64,000 nt of DNA from an uncultured Clostridia bacterium (GTDB taxonomy: Bacteria; Bacillota; Clostridia; TANB77; CAG-465): NCBI GenBank assembly GCA_944388575.1, contig CALXJF010000001.1, forward strand, positions 6,894 to 70,893, written 5' to 3'. Position 1 is the first letter of the stretch, and every line of letters begins with the position of its first letter. Positions 9,667-21,074 of this stretch are shown here, piece by piece. The notes under the pieces were generated by a model. The model searched no databases and was not told the DNA's origin. It worked only from the letters and a program-made list of their open reading frames with translations. A program made the translations under genes and the position numbers.

Positions 9667-12600
9667 TTATTCAAATAACTCTAATATTTCCTCTTTACTC
9701 ATTTTATTTATAAATACTTCACCTGATTTTACAATATTATCAGCTAGCTTTTGCTTTAATTCCTGCAATTTTTCAACTTTTTCTTCAATACTATTTTGGG
9801 TTACAAGTGAAAATACTTGTACATTATTTTTTTGTCCTATCCTATATGCTCTATCCGTTGCTTGATTTTTTACAGAAACATTCCACCAAGGATCAAAATG
9901 TATAACTATATCAGCTCCAATTAAATTTAACCCTGTACCACCAGCTTTTAGAGAAACTAAAAAAACGGAAGCATCTTTATCTTTATTAAATTTATCAACC
10001 AGCTCAACTCTTGTATCTACTTTAGTTTGTCCTGTTAATTCGTAATATTTTATATTTCTTTTTTCTAGCTCCTTTTTCATAATTTCAAACATAGATGTAA
10101 ACTGAGAAAAAATAAGAATTTTATGAGAAGATGATAATGCTTCTTCAACTAATTCTAAACATTGAACTAGTTTTGAGCTTTCCCCATCATAATTATCTAA
10201 AAATAGTGATGGATGACAACATATTTGTCTTAATCTAGTTATCAAAGATAATATTTTTATCTTACTATTTTCAATTCCTTTTTCGTCTATTTCTTGCTGT
10301 ACTATCTTTTTAGCTTGGACTAGATAAGCCTTATATATCTTCTCTTGTTTTTCGTTCATAATATTATAAATCTTTGTTTCAGTTTTATCTGGTAATTCCT
10401 TTAATACTTCTTTCTTTGTCCTTCTTAAAATAAATGGTGCTACTAATTTACTTAAAGAATTTAATGCCTCTTTATCTTCATCCTTAATTATTCTACTTTC
10501 AAATTTTGCTTTAAACTTAGTGTACGAAAATAAATATCCAGGCATACAAAAATCAAATATCGACCAAATTTCAGCAAGTGAATTTTCAATTGGTGTTCCT
10601 GTTAAAGCAAATCTAGTGGTTCCCTTTAGTTCTTTTAAAGCTTTAGCATTTTTAGTATTATTATTCTTAATATATTGTGCTTCATCTGCAATAATAAACC
10701 TAAAATTAAAATCTTTGTAACTATCTATATCTCTTTTTAACAAATCATAAGAAGTAATAACTACATCATAGTCTTTTATCTTTCTAATTTTTTCTTGTCT
10801 TTTTGTAGCATTACCAAAAATCACACAAGTTTTTAAGTCTGGTGCAAATTTAGAAATCTCTTTTTCCCAATTTATATATAACGAACTTGGACAAACTACA
10901 ATAGAAGTTCTTTTATTATTAATATGTTCTTGCTCTAATATAGCTATTATTTGAAGTGTTTTTCCAAGTCCCATATCATCAGCAAGTATTCCACCAAATC
11001 CGTAAAGAATCTAAAGTCATCAGCCAATTATATCCTATTCTTTGATATTGTCTTAAAATTTTATCCATATTCTCAGGTATTGAAAAATCTAATTCTTTAG
11101 AATATGACATATTTCTAACCACATCTTTAAATGAACTTTCTTTTTTTATATTAATATCATCACTTAAATCTAAAACCTCATTTAAATATACTGCTCTATA
11201 CTTAGGTACTACCAATTTTCTCTTTGCAATATCTTTTTCTTCAATCCCAATACTATCTGTAATATTAACTAAAGTATCTATTCCTGATGAATCTATATTA
11301 ACAAAACTTCCATCCTTTAATCTATAAAATTTCTTTTTTTGCCTATAACTTTTTATAATATTTGAAAGCTCTTTTTCATCAAAGCCCAAATCATCTATTT
11401 CAATTTCAAGTAGATCATTTTTCACTCTTAATCCCATTTGAACATTTTTTGGATTAATGATATTTTTACTCTTAAATTTATCCGTAACTAATACTTCAAA
11501 TCTTTCCATAAATGTATTTATTCCATTTTCCAAAAAATCATATATATGTTCATCATTACTTATATACAACGTTCCATCTTTCGTATTTAGCTTAAAATGA
11601 TTATTATCTAGTATTTCTTTTACTTTTTGTTCTTGTAATTTATTACGATTAAACTTCATATCATTTTGATGGAGAAAAGGATTAAATTCTTTATCTAAAT
11701 AACAAAATTTAACTTCTGCAATTATACTTCCACTTGTATCAATATCTAAATAAATTTTAGTAGCAAGACTCTCAGCCCTATATTTATTTACAAATTCAGA
11801 TTTACATTCTACATCTATATACGTTTTCATATTTGGTAACACATATTCACAAAAACTCGTTGCATATTCAATTGGAATGTCTATTTTATTACTTCTATTA
11901 TTTAAAAATTCTTTTAATATAGGTATGATATTTAAGGAATATTTTTCACTACATCTGTAAAATTTATCCTTATATAACACATATTTATATTTTTGTCCAT
12001 CGTATACGTAAAAATCATCCTCTATATTATTTCCAATTTCAATCAGGTTATTTTTTTCACTTACCGTAAAAGAAAATATAGGATCTTCTTCTATAAATTT
12101 AATTTCATCAGTATAATAGTATTCAGAAATTTTCAAACTTTTATCCTTAAATATATTAAAAAACTCGTCTAATGAAGAATAATATAAGTTTAATTTTCCT
12201 CTAAATAAACGATCCAAAGAAAAATAATTATCCTGTTTAGCAAAATTAAAATATTCATTTGTCTTAGACATAATAAAACTTACAAGTTCTCTATCTGACT
12301 CTTCAAATTCTTTTATGTCATGTACTAATTCTAATTCTTTACCATATCTTTCCTTGCGTTTATCTAAAAAGTTATGACCAAATTCATATATATCTTTTAT
12401 AACATACATCCTATTTCTACCAATTTTAAAAGAAACGGACATTACGCTATAATTAAAACCAGAAATTTCTAATTTAGGAATAATCTTTAAATCCCCTTTA
12501 TTTTTATTTTTCCCAAGTTCAATATTTTCATAGTATTTTATCAATTTATCACTATATAATAACTTATACATAAAATTATTGCCACTATAATTTCTTTTAT

Positions 12601-12958
12601 TTAGCAAATTATTATCTTCAAAACTCGATATACTAATATCATTTTTAAACTCTATATATTTTTTAGAGTAAATATACAGATCAAATAAAGTAGCTATAAT
12701 ATGTTTACATGGAGTATTCCTTTTCTTTGAAATTTCACACTCACACGAATATGATATTTTACCATCCTTTTTTAAAATTTGAGTTGTATACACATAATTA
12801 TCTTCAACTGAAGTTGTTACACTATAATCATTTTCTGATATATACTCTACATTTTTTATCTTAACTCTATCTTGTTCAAAATATTTTTTTCCATACTTAG
12901 TAACATCATTTCCAGAGACAGCAAGAATTTTATTTATTTCATCAGGAAGAACTAACAT
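9667..12958 (-). CDS. SWIM-domain SNF2-family helicase, needs a +1 shift at CGG (11000-11002); about 1096 aa when joined
   Basis: SWIM (CEC...CKH), 'LRQYQ..G..WL', then TTA CGG ATT; skipping the C gives G-FGGILADDMGLGKT; DEAQ, LTGTPIEN and QATDRAYRIGQ follow intact. Confidence 0.9.
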
Positions 12959-13059
12959 TTTTTCACCTTTTTTCCTAACATATCAAAACGATTGCTTTTC
13001 TATTTATTATATAATTAAAATTATATTTTGTCAAATATATTTTCTATAATTGTATACAT

Positions 13060-13100
13060 AAAAAGAGAAATGTATAATAAAACATACATTCCTCTTTTTT
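13060..13100 (-). terminator. Intrinsic terminator
   Basis: Inverted repeat aaaaagag-aaatgtat..atacatt-cctcttttt. Confidence 0.55.
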
Positions 13101-13107
13101 TATACTA

Positions 13108-13194
13108 TTAATTTAAAAAAAATATAACAAATATAACAAATATTATTACTTTATATAAAATTGTATACTTAAATAATAACTTTTCGTTTTTCAT
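13108..13194 (-). CDS. 28-aa hydrophobic peptide, possibly a truncated sensor-kinase N-terminus
   Basis: AAGGAGG RBS then MKNEKLLFKYTILYKVIIFVIFVIFFLN*, directly downstream of the response regulator. Confidence 0.35.
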   Translation of the reverse strand: MKNEKLLFKYTILYKVIIFVIFVIFFLN

Positions 13195-13241
13195 ACATAA
13201 CCTCCTTAAATTTATATCTATTTTATCAAAAGATATGTTAA

Positions 13242-13916
13242 TTAACTGTTAATCTCTCTTAATGAATATCCTTTTCCTCTTATATTTACCAATATATCTG
13301 TTCCAATTGTATTTTTTAATTTTTTCCTGAGTTTAGTAATATGTACTCTAAGAACAGATGAGAACATATCAAAATTTTCATCATAGATATGTTCTAATAT
13401 CTCTTCACTGGATACAACTCTTGGATAATTTAAAGCTAAATGTTCAAATATACTATATTCTTTTGATGTTAAATCTACTTTAGTATTATTAAATGTAACC
13501 CTTTTTAATTTTGTATCTACAGATACATTTCCAATATCTATCTTAGGAGTAGATTTTCCATATGATCTCCTTATAACTGCATTTATTCTTGAGATTAATT
13601 CATCAAAATGAAAAGGTTTACAAACATAATCATCTGCTCCCAAATCTAACACTTCTCTTACTTGGTTATGTCCGGATATAACTATAATAGGTACAACGAT
13701 AGCCTCTTCTCTTAAATATTTAATTATTTCTTTGCCATCTTTATCTGGTAATTTTAAATCTAATAATATCAAATCATAATCATTTATATATGCTTTTTCT
13801 TCACCCTCTATTCCATTATCAGCTAAATCAACACAAAAACAATCTTTTTCTAATACTTTCCTTATACTTTCTAAAAGCTCAGTATTATCTTCAATTACTA
13901 ACAATCTCATAATCAT
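13242..13916 (-). CDS. OmpR/PhoB-family response regulator
   Basis: Receiver (LVIED, DLILLD, GADDY.CKPF) and winged-helix domain (LRVHI.KLRKKL, RGKGY). Confidence 0.95.
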   Translation of the reverse strand: MIMRLLVIEDNTELLESIRKVLEKDCFCVDLADNGIEGEEKAYINDYDLILLDLKLPDKDGKEIIKYLREEAIVVPIIVISGHNQVREVLDLGADDYVCKPFHFDELISRINAVIRRSYGKSTPKIDIGNVSVDTKLKRVTFNNTKVDLTSKEYSIFEHLALNYPRVVSSEEILEHIYDENFDMFSSVLRVHITKLRKKLKNTIGTDILVNIRGKGYSLREINS

Positions 13917-14000
13917 TCTCCTATGTTCTAAAATATTATATCAAATAAGCTGTTAATTTTGTGTTAATTTAAAAAATATTTACAAAATTATATATAACGA

Positions 14001-14031
14001 TAAAATCGAGTATATAAATATACTCGATTTT
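14001..14031. terminator. Intrinsic terminator
   Basis: Inverted repeat aaaatcgagtatat..atatactcgatttt. Confidence 0.65.
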
Positions 14032-14056
14032 AATCTTTTAATCATATAATTATTTT

Positions 14057-15727
14057 TTACTGCTTTAAATTTTCATATATAACTTGCCATATATCATCAG
14101 TTTCAAATCCTTTTCTCCAAGTTGTAATTCCAGCAAGATTATATTTCTTTACTGTTTCTACTCTTCTTTTTACAGAATCTTTATCTTCTATCCATAGTTT
14201 ATATGTTAAACTTCCCTCAGTGTATTCTGCATAATTTTGACCAGCATTTTCATCATATACTGTTGTTAGTCCATATTCTTCTAAAAACTCTTGGCAATTT
14301 TTCATGGTATAAACTTTAGTTGTTAATTCACTTTCACCAGCTTTAGTTGTCCACAACCTTGTATAAAAAGGAATACCTAATATAATTTTTTCTGCAGGGA
14401 TATTAGAATCATTTATTAATGACTCAATATTTCCTTCTACCCATGAGACCTCTGCAATAGAACCTGCTTCATTAGACCAAGCGCCTCTTTGATCATATCC
14501 CATTAATACAACATAATCTGCAGCTTTTCCCATCTCTGATCTATCAATATATGCTACAAAATACATGTCTACTGAAACTTTAATATCATTTGCTCTTAAT
14601 ATAGCAGATAATTCTCTTATAAACTGAGTATACATATCTCTATCTTCAGTTTTCATTGCCTCAAAATCAATATTTATACCATCTAACTTATCTTGCTTAC
14701 AAATTTCTAATAAGTTTTTAATAAATTGCTCTCTGTTATATTCACTATTAAGCATAGCAGAAGTATCTCCAGCAGTATAACTTACAGAATCTATACCATT
14801 AGTAATTATTGGCCAAATTTCATAACCATATGATTTAGCTCTGTTATAATACTCTTGACTAAACTTAGAGGAAATATCACCATTTGAACTTCTTAATTCA
14901 TACCAAGTCGGCGAAACAACATTAACTCCTTCTATCTTTTCACTTCCAAGCACATCTAAATCACTACCATATTGCCAAAACATCATTAACTTTTCGGTAT
15001 TTTGATTAGATATTTCATTGTTTTCATTTTGTTGTTCTTCATTATCCACACTTTCAACAACATCTACATTATTCTTTGAAATATAACCTATTATTCCTGA
15101 ATCAGTTTTTACTTTATACCATCTATTATGTTTTAAACTATCTGTATAAACGGTGACAGTATTATTTGTACTTAAACTAGTTAATACACTAGACTTTGTG
15201 GACAAATCTTCATAAACATTAACTTTGTTATATTTTACTTTTAAATCAGATGTATCTTTTTTATCTATAGAAATAGTATTAGTATCATTATTATACTCAA
15301 CTTTTATATTATATATATCTTTTAATAGAGTAATATCAACATATGGTTGTCCATTAACAGTTTTTGCGGCATTTGGTATATCTACATATTCCATATTCTT
15401 TGACATTTTATTTTCATCTATCTTCATTTTTATTACTTCTGTATCCGTTGTAACTATAACCTTTGTTGCAACTTTATCATAAAAAATATTCTCATCTATT
15501 AATTTACCTATAGTATCAGTGGAGATATATATTCCATTATTTTCAACAAAAGGTTTATTTTGTGGTTCTATATTATCACCAAAAATAACTAAATTAGATG
15601 CTTCTTGACTAATACTTGCTATAGGATTATCAATACTTATAAATATAACAACTACTAGTAATGTAACTATTACTATTAATAATATTCTCTTTAATTCTCC
15701 AATCATAAAATCAAACCTACCTTGCAA
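14057..15727 (-). CDS. GH18 glycosyl hydrolase with SH3 and copper-amine-oxidase-N-like domains (spore or cell-wall related)
   Basis: DGINIDFE catalytic motif, 'LMGYDQ', 'ILGIPFYTRLW'; SH3 'WYKVKT..G..GYI'. True start may be ATG 15706. Confidence 0.85.
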   Translation of the reverse strand: MQGRFDFMIGELKRILLIVIVTLLVVVIFISIDNPIASISQEASNLVIFGDNIEPQNKPFVENNGIYISTDTIGKLIDENIFYDKVATKVIVTTDTEVIKMKIDENKMSKNMEYVDIPNAAKTVNGQPYVDITLLKDIYNIKVEYNNDTNTISIDKKDTSDLKVKYNKVNVYEDLSTKSSVLTSLSTNNTVTVYTDSLKHNRWYKVKTDSGIIGYISKNNVDVVESVDNEEQQNENNEISNQNTEKLMMFWQYGSDLDVLGSEKIEGVNVVSPTWYELRSSNGDISSKFSQEYYNRAKSYGYEIWPIITNGIDSVSYTAGDTSAMLNSEYNREQFIKNLLEICKQDKLDGINIDFEAMKTEDRDMYTQFIRELSAILRANDIKVSVDMYFVAYIDRSEMGKAADYVVLMGYDQRGAWSNEAGSIAEVSWVEGNIESLINDSNIPAEKIILGIPFYTRLWTTKAGESELTTKVYTMKNCQEFLEEYGLTTVYDENAGQNYAEYTEGSLTYKLWIEDKDSVKRRVETVKKYNLAGITTWRKGFETDDIWQVIYENLKQ

Positions 15728-15879
15728 GATTATTATACAATATAATTTTTAATTTGTGAACAGAAAATTAAATTTTTTATTAATATTTCAAAAGGTTATT
15801 AAATAATGTAACATTTTTGTAATATATAGTTAAAATACTTCATATATTAAATTACTTTTAACATATCTTCTAATATTTT

Positions 15880-16911
15880 TTAATATACATTATTAATCAA
15901 TATATCTAAAATATCTTTATAACCAATTCCATCATGCATTAACATCATAGGATACATACTAGTATCTGTAAATCCAGGCATAGTATTTACTTCATTAAAA
16001 TATATTTTATTTTTAAGCACAAAAAAGTCTATTCTTGCTATACCTGTTAATCTCAATTTCTTAAATATTTCCTTTGAATAATTTTTTATAGCAAATATCT
16101 GCTCTTCTGATATTTTTGCCGGAATTTGAATACGAGATTTTTTATTTTCATATTTTGCATTAAAATCATATAATTCACTTGGTAATATAATTTCTCCTGG
16201 TGTAGAGGCAAATATTCTTTCCTCTAATACATCCTCTAATATAGCACATTCTACTTCTTTTCTTTTTGAAATATATTTTTCTATTAATACATTATTATCA
16301 TATTTTAATGCAAATTCAATAGCAGAAATTAAACTCACATCGTCCTCTACTTTAGAAACACCATAAGAAGAACCCTCTTTATTAGGTTTAACAATAACAG
16401 GAAATCCTAAGTTTTCTTTTATATTTTCTACTAGTTTTCTTTTATCAAATTCTCTATTAAAAAATTCTCTATCAGAAATACTTATATATGGTACTACATT
16501 AATTCCAAGACTAAAAACTAATTCTTTTGATAATATCTTATTTATAGCTATACTACTACCTAATATATCACATCCTACATACTTTACTCTAGCTAATTCT
16601 AATAATCCTTGAATAGAACCATCCTCTCCAAATTTTCCATGCAATACTGGAAAAACTACATCATATCTTCTTAGTTCTTTGATTTGGTTTGTTATGAGTT
16701 CTTTATTCATTATATCTCTTATCCAACGATTTTCTCTTATATTTTTTATACCTCCTGTATAATAATACCAAATTCCATTTTTATCTATTCCTACTCTTTT
16801 TATATCATATTTTTCTTCATCTAAATATTCTATTATATTTGCAGCAGAAATACATGAAACTTCATGCTCTGATGACATTGACCCAAATATTACTAAAACT
16901 TTTTTCTTCAT
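15880..16911 (-). CDS. ddl: D-alanine--D-alanine ligase
   Basis: 'S.EHEVS', 'FPVLHG.FGEDG.IQG', 'GSS.G', 'NEVNTMPGFT..SMYP'. Confidence 0.95.
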   Translation of the reverse strand: MKKKVLVIFGSMSSEHEVSCISAANIIEYLDEEKYDIKRVGIDKNGIWYYYTGGIKNIRENRWIRDIMNKELITNQIKELRRYDVVFPVLHGKFGEDGSIQGLLELARVKYVGCDILGSSIAINKILSKELVFSLGINVVPYISISDREFFNREFDKRKLVENIKENLGFPVIVKPNKEGSSYGVSKVEDDVSLISAIEFALKYDNNVLIEKYISKRKEVECAILEDVLEERIFASTPGEIILPSELYDFNAKYENKKSRIQIPAKISEEQIFAIKNYSKEIFKKLRLTGIARIDFFVLKNKIYFNEVNTMPGFTDTSMYPMMLMHDGIGYKDILDILINNVY

Positions 16912-17151
16912 ATATTCTTTTCTCCTTAATACTTCTATTATTTCATTATTTCTTCTAAATTCCTAACTAAATCGTCCTTTTCACCGCTACCATTTGTAGT
17001 CCATATTATGCTTCTTATTACAAATAATTAAAAAACATTATATTTTATATAAACAACATATTTATACATAAAGCATCCCTACTTTTGTTTAATTATAACA
17101 TTTATAAAAGATAATGTGAATATTTTTTACAAATTTCGACACAACAAAAAA

Positions 17152-17174
17152 ATGGTAACCTATAAAGTTACCAT
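17152..17174 (-). terminator. Intrinsic terminator after pcrA
   Basis: Inverted repeat atggtaac..gttaccat with an adjacent A-run (U tail on the minus strand). Confidence 0.55.
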
Positions 17175-17180
17175 CTATTA

Positions 17181-19475
17181 CTATTTAATTATCTCTAATG
17201 GAGTATAATTTGCCATTAATCTCTTAAATCCAGTTCTATCAAACATTATATCTAATTTAAAATCATCTCCCTCTGGCTCAATTTTTTGAATAATACCAGT
17301 TCCAAACTTTTTATGCTTTACACTCATACCTATAACATATTGTTCTTTATTATTTAGATTAGTTAAATTCTTTTTAGGTTTAGTTGAAATATTATTTAAG
17401 AAGCTATTTACGTCTACGCCAAAAGTAGATTTATTAATCTTTGGTATATCTCCAAAATATCCACCAGTTTTAGCAAGTACTCCTTCAACTTGTTTATATT
17501 CATCATCCAAATATTTTTCTTGTTTTTTCTTTCTTAAAGAGAAATTCTCTTGTGATTTATCATCAAATAATTCCTGTGGAATTTCAGATATAAATCTTGA
17601 TGGAATAGAATACGTAGTAGAACCATACAGAGTTCTTTTAGAAACATTTGTTATAATAAGTTTCTTTTTTGCCCTTGTTATTCCAACATAACAAAGTCTT
17701 CTTTCTTCTTCGCAAGCTTCATCTTCTTCAATTGATCTCTTTGAAGGAAATAGCCCTTCCTCCATTCCAACTAAAAAAACTACATTAAATTCAAGACCTT
17801 TAGCACTATGCATTGTCATAAGTGTTACCGCCTCAGCACTTTCCTCTAGTTTATCAACATCAGAAACTAATGCAATACTTTCTAAAAAATCACCTAATGA
17901 ATTATCTGCACTTTCTTTTTCAAACTCCATAGCTACTCCAATAAATTCCATTAAGTTTTCAAATCTCATTTCTGTTTCTTTAGTTTGTTCTGCATTTAGC
18001 ATATCTTCATAACCAGATTCTTTTAAAGTAAGTTTCATTAAATCTGACACAGATAACTCATCTTTTCTAGCAATAAGTGAGTTAATCATATCCCTAAACA
18101 TAATAATATTTCCAGCACTTCTAATACCAACTAAATTGTCACTATCTTGAATAAGTTCAAATATAGATACACCTTTTTCTTCTGCCATCTTATCAAGTTT
18201 ATCTAATGCAGTATCTCCTATTCCCCTTTTAGGTTCATTAATTATTCTCTTTAATGCTATATTATCATTTTTATTTTGAACTAATTTTAAATAACTAGTT
18301 AAATCTTTTATTTCTTTTCTAGAATAGAATTTAAGTCCTCCAATCAACCTATATGGAGTTCCAGATCTCATAAAAACCTCTTCTAAAACACGAGCTTGAG
18401 CATTTGTTCTAAACAAAACAGCAAAATCCGCATATGTCATTTTTTCAGTTCTACATATATTATCTATTGTGTCAACTATATATTCTACCTCTTCATATTC
18501 ATTACCAAGTGTTTTATATTCTATTTTATTACCCTCATCATTACCTGTCCAAAGTTTCTTATCTAATTTGGACTTATTATGTTTTATAACTTCATTTGCA
18601 GCATTTAATATATTTTGAGTACTTCTATAATTCTCCTCTAATTTAACTATTTTAGCATTTGGAAATTCCTTTTCAAAATTTAAAATATTAGATATATCTG
18701 CACCCCTAAATCCATAAATACTTTGAGATTCATCTCCAACCACGCAAATATTTCCATGTGCCGAAGACAATAGATTAATAAGTAAAAATTGAATTCTATT
18801 TGTATCTTGATATTCATCTACAAGTAAATATTTAAATTTTGATTGATAATATACTAATCTATCAGGATTTTCTAAAAATACTCTAACTGTAAGCATAATT
18901 ATATCGTCAAAATCAATTGCATTGTTTTGCATTAAAGTTTTTTGATACAACTCATAAATATCAGCTATTTTTTCTCTTCTATAATCACCAATCACTTCTT
19001 CTTTGTATTTTTTATAGTCTTTCATAGCATCTTTTGATTTACTAATCTCATATTTTATTAGTGAAACTGGATATTGTTTATCATCTATATTTAATTTCTT
19101 CAATACTTCTTTTATTACCTTTTCTTTATCTAATTCATCAAATATATTAAAATCTGTACCATAACCAAGTAAGCCTATTTCTCTTCTTAATATTCTTACA
19201 CAAACAGAATGAAAAGTACCAAGCCAAACATCATTTGCATCTTCACCAATTAAGTTTGCGGCTCTTTGTTTCATCTCTTTTGCTGCTTTATTAGTAAATG
19301 TAATAGCCAAGATTTCCCATGGTTTAACTATCTTCTTATCTAATAAATATGCAATTTTATATGTTAACACCCTAGTTTTTCCAGATCCTGCTCCTGCCAA
19401 AATCAATAATGGCCCATCTAAATACTCAACGGCTTCTTTTTGTTTATCATTTAAATCATTTAATAATTCTTCCAT
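17181..19475 (-). CDS. pcrA: ATP-dependent DNA helicase PcrA/UvrD
   Basis: AGAGSGKT, VDEYQDTN, VGDESQSIYGFRGA, TMHSAKGLEF, EERRLCYVGITRA; C-terminal Tudor-like domain. Confidence 0.97.
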   Translation of the reverse strand: MEELLNDLNDKQKEAVEYLDGPLLILAGAGSGKTRVLTYKIAYLLDKKIVKPWEILAITFTNKAAKEMKQRAANLIGEDANDVWLGTFHSVCVRILRREIGLLGYGTDFNIFDELDKEKVIKEVLKKLNIDDKQYPVSLIKYEISKSKDAMKDYKKYKEEVIGDYRREKIADIYELYQKTLMQNNAIDFDDIIMLTVRVFLENPDRLVYYQSKFKYLLVDEYQDTNRIQFLLINLLSSAHGNICVVGDESQSIYGFRGADISNILNFEKEFPNAKIVKLEENYRSTQNILNAANEVIKHNKSKLDKKLWTGNDEGNKIEYKTLGNEYEEVEYIVDTIDNICRTEKMTYADFAVLFRTNAQARVLEEVFMRSGTPYRLIGGLKFYSRKEIKDLTSYLKLVQNKNDNIALKRIINEPKRGIGDTALDKLDKMAEEKGVSIFELIQDSDNLVGIRSAGNIIMFRDMINSLIARKDELSVSDLMKLTLKESGYEDMLNAEQTKETEMRFENLMEFIGVAMEFEKESADNSLGDFLESIALVSDVDKLEESAEAVTLMTMHSAKGLEFNVVFLVGMEEGLFPSKRSIEEDEACEEERRLCYVGITRAKKKLIITNVSKRTLYGSTTYSIPSRFISEIPQELFDDKSQENFSLRKKKQEKYLDDEYKQVEGVLAKTGGYFGDIPKINKSTFGVDVNSFLNNISTKPKKNLTNLNNKEQYVIGMSVKHKKFGTGIIQKIEPEGDDFKLDIMFDRTGFKRLMANYTPLEIIK

Positions 19476-19593
19476 AATACATCCTCTCTTTATATATAAA
19501 CCTATGTTTGTATTCTGACATATTATATCAAATTAACTAAATATTATCAACAAAAATTTTATAATATAAAAACTAAATTTTATAGAAAAATTT

Positions 19594-19624
19594 AAGGCGT
19601 GAACAAAATTACTGTTCACGCCTT
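19594..19624 (-). terminator. Intrinsic terminator
   Basis: Inverted repeat aaggcgtgaaca..tgttcacgcctt. Confidence 0.7.
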
Positions 19625-19628
19625 GTTT

Positions 19629-20015
19629 TTACCTAACGTACTTAGTTTTTGATGAAAATGCCATTATAAGCATTGCCACTGGAGGGCAAATTATAAGAGC
19701 TAAAGTCATCCCAAAACCTCTATTATATGATTTTGCTAATTTGTAGCTAAAAACCATATAATATATAAAGTTGATAAAAGGTATAAACATAAATATGATA
19801 GTCCACCATCTCATGTTTATTACCTTAAGTAACGTAATAACATTAAATAAAGGAATAAAAGCTTTCCAAGCCGGCGACACTCCGGCCATTTTAAATAACC
19901 GATACATTGCAATTATTGATAATGTTATACATATTATGTACATAAATACACTCATACCGGATAAAAATGAATCAAAACCATTTGTTGCAACGGCACCTTG
20001 TTCATAGTAGTTCAT
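19629..20015 (-). CDS. DUF5684-like membrane protein
   Basis: 'LFKMAG..PAWKAFIPLFN' and 'KLAKSY.RG.G' pattern. Confidence 0.7.
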   Translation of the reverse strand: MNYYEQGAVATNGFDSFLSGMSVFMYIICITLSIIAMYRLFKMAGVSPAWKAFIPLFNVITLLKVINMRWWTIIFMFIPFINFIYYMVFSYKLAKSYNRGFGMTLALIICPPVAMLIMAFSSKTKYVR

Positions 20016-20092
20016 AAAAAATCCTCCTCTTATTAATCTAAATTGGGTATAAAATCTTATACCCTCCTTCCAAATTTACTAATTTAATTATA

Positions 20093-20824
20093 TCACAGTT
20101 TCAAAATTATGCCAACAACCCCTCCGTAATCTATTAATTCAGACTTTTTAAATTCTATCAATTCAAGATTTTTTTTATCAATAAACTCTATTATATTTTT
20201 TTTATCTTTTATATTGTTTAAATCCCCCCAAAAAATAACTTTATTTTGTAATCTAGAAATACAACCACCTATAAATCCTTTCATATTTGAGTATTCATTT
20301 AAATCGGTCAACAATTTTATATCTACTTTTTTACTTATACACAATACATCTATGTTATTATTTTCTAACTTTTTTGCAATTTTTTTATCGGTAACAATTG
20401 CACTATTTTCAGAAATAACAGCTATAGAACAATTCGAATAACCTTGATTTATATTGATTTTATTTAATCCTTGTTCATTAATATAATCTAATATTATAGG
20501 ATCTGTATATTTAAAATTGTGTATTACATTATTTCCAATTTGACACAAATTATATGGTATATCAAACGGATACTTACCTTTTACACTAAAACAACCACTA
20601 ATAATATTCTTATTATTTATTCCTTTTTTTTGTAACCAATGATATAATGTAGGTTCCACAAAAAGCTTATCATTTATTTTAGTCACAAAAATATCTACAT
20701 GAGAAGAGATTTCATTATAAATATTCTTATTTGTAGGTATTTCAATCAACTCATATCCCATATTTTTCAAATAATTTCTCTCAAATTCTCTCATCCTATT
20801 ATCCATAAAAATAAACTTATTCAT
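20093..20824 (-). CDS. Conserved clostridial protein (DUF6873-like)
   Basis: 'ISSHVDIF', 'YP.DIPYN', 'QGYSNCS', 'GFIGG', 'DYGG' motifs. Confidence 0.65.
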   Translation of the reverse strand: MNKFIFMDNRMREFERNYLKNMGYELIEIPTNKNIYNEISSHVDIFVTKINDKLFVEPTLYHWLQKKGINNKNIISGCFSVKGKYPFDIPYNLCQIGNNVIHNFKYTDPIILDYINEQGLNKININQGYSNCSIAVISENSAIVTDKKIAKKLENNNIDVLCISKKVDIKLLTDLNEYSNMKGFIGGCISRLQNKVIFWGDLNNIKDKKNIIEFIDKKNLELIEFKKSELIDYGGVVGIILKL

Positions 20825-20905
20825 AATATATGTTTACCTCATATCTTAATATAAAATAAAGGAATGTGTTTTTATAACTCCATTCCCTATATAAAACTTT
20901 TATTT

Positions 20906-21058
20906 TTATTCATCATCATCGTCAACTTCATCAAAATATTTTTTATCTCTACCACACTTTGGACATTCATCTAAATCTCTAAGAAGTGGTTCACCTGGTT
21001 TAGATTCATCAAAAGTATATCCACATTTTGAACATCTATATTTATAATATTTTGGCAT
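20906..21058 (-). CDS. Rubredoxin-like small metal-binding protein (50 aa)
   Basis: Manual translation MPKYYKYRCSKCGYTFD...ECPKCGRDKKYFDEVDDDDE; AAGGTGA RBS. Below the ORF-track size cutoff. Confidence 0.8.
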   Translation of the reverse strand: MPKYYKYRCSKCGYTFDESKPGEPLLRDLDECPKCGRDKKYFDEVDDDDE

Positions 21059-21074
21059 ATTACTCACCTTCTTT

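Noticed and set aside
16938-17069. Possible small ORF with an internal TAA (MYKYVVYIKYNVF*LFVIRS...) upstream of ddl
   Set aside because: Short, with no recognisable homology; could be chance in AT-rich DNA and is not evidence of readthrough.
17181-19475. AGG as a second shift codon
   Set aside because: In-frame AGG occurs in intact core genes (e.g. pcrA ACT AGG GTG in GKTRV) without breaking the frame.
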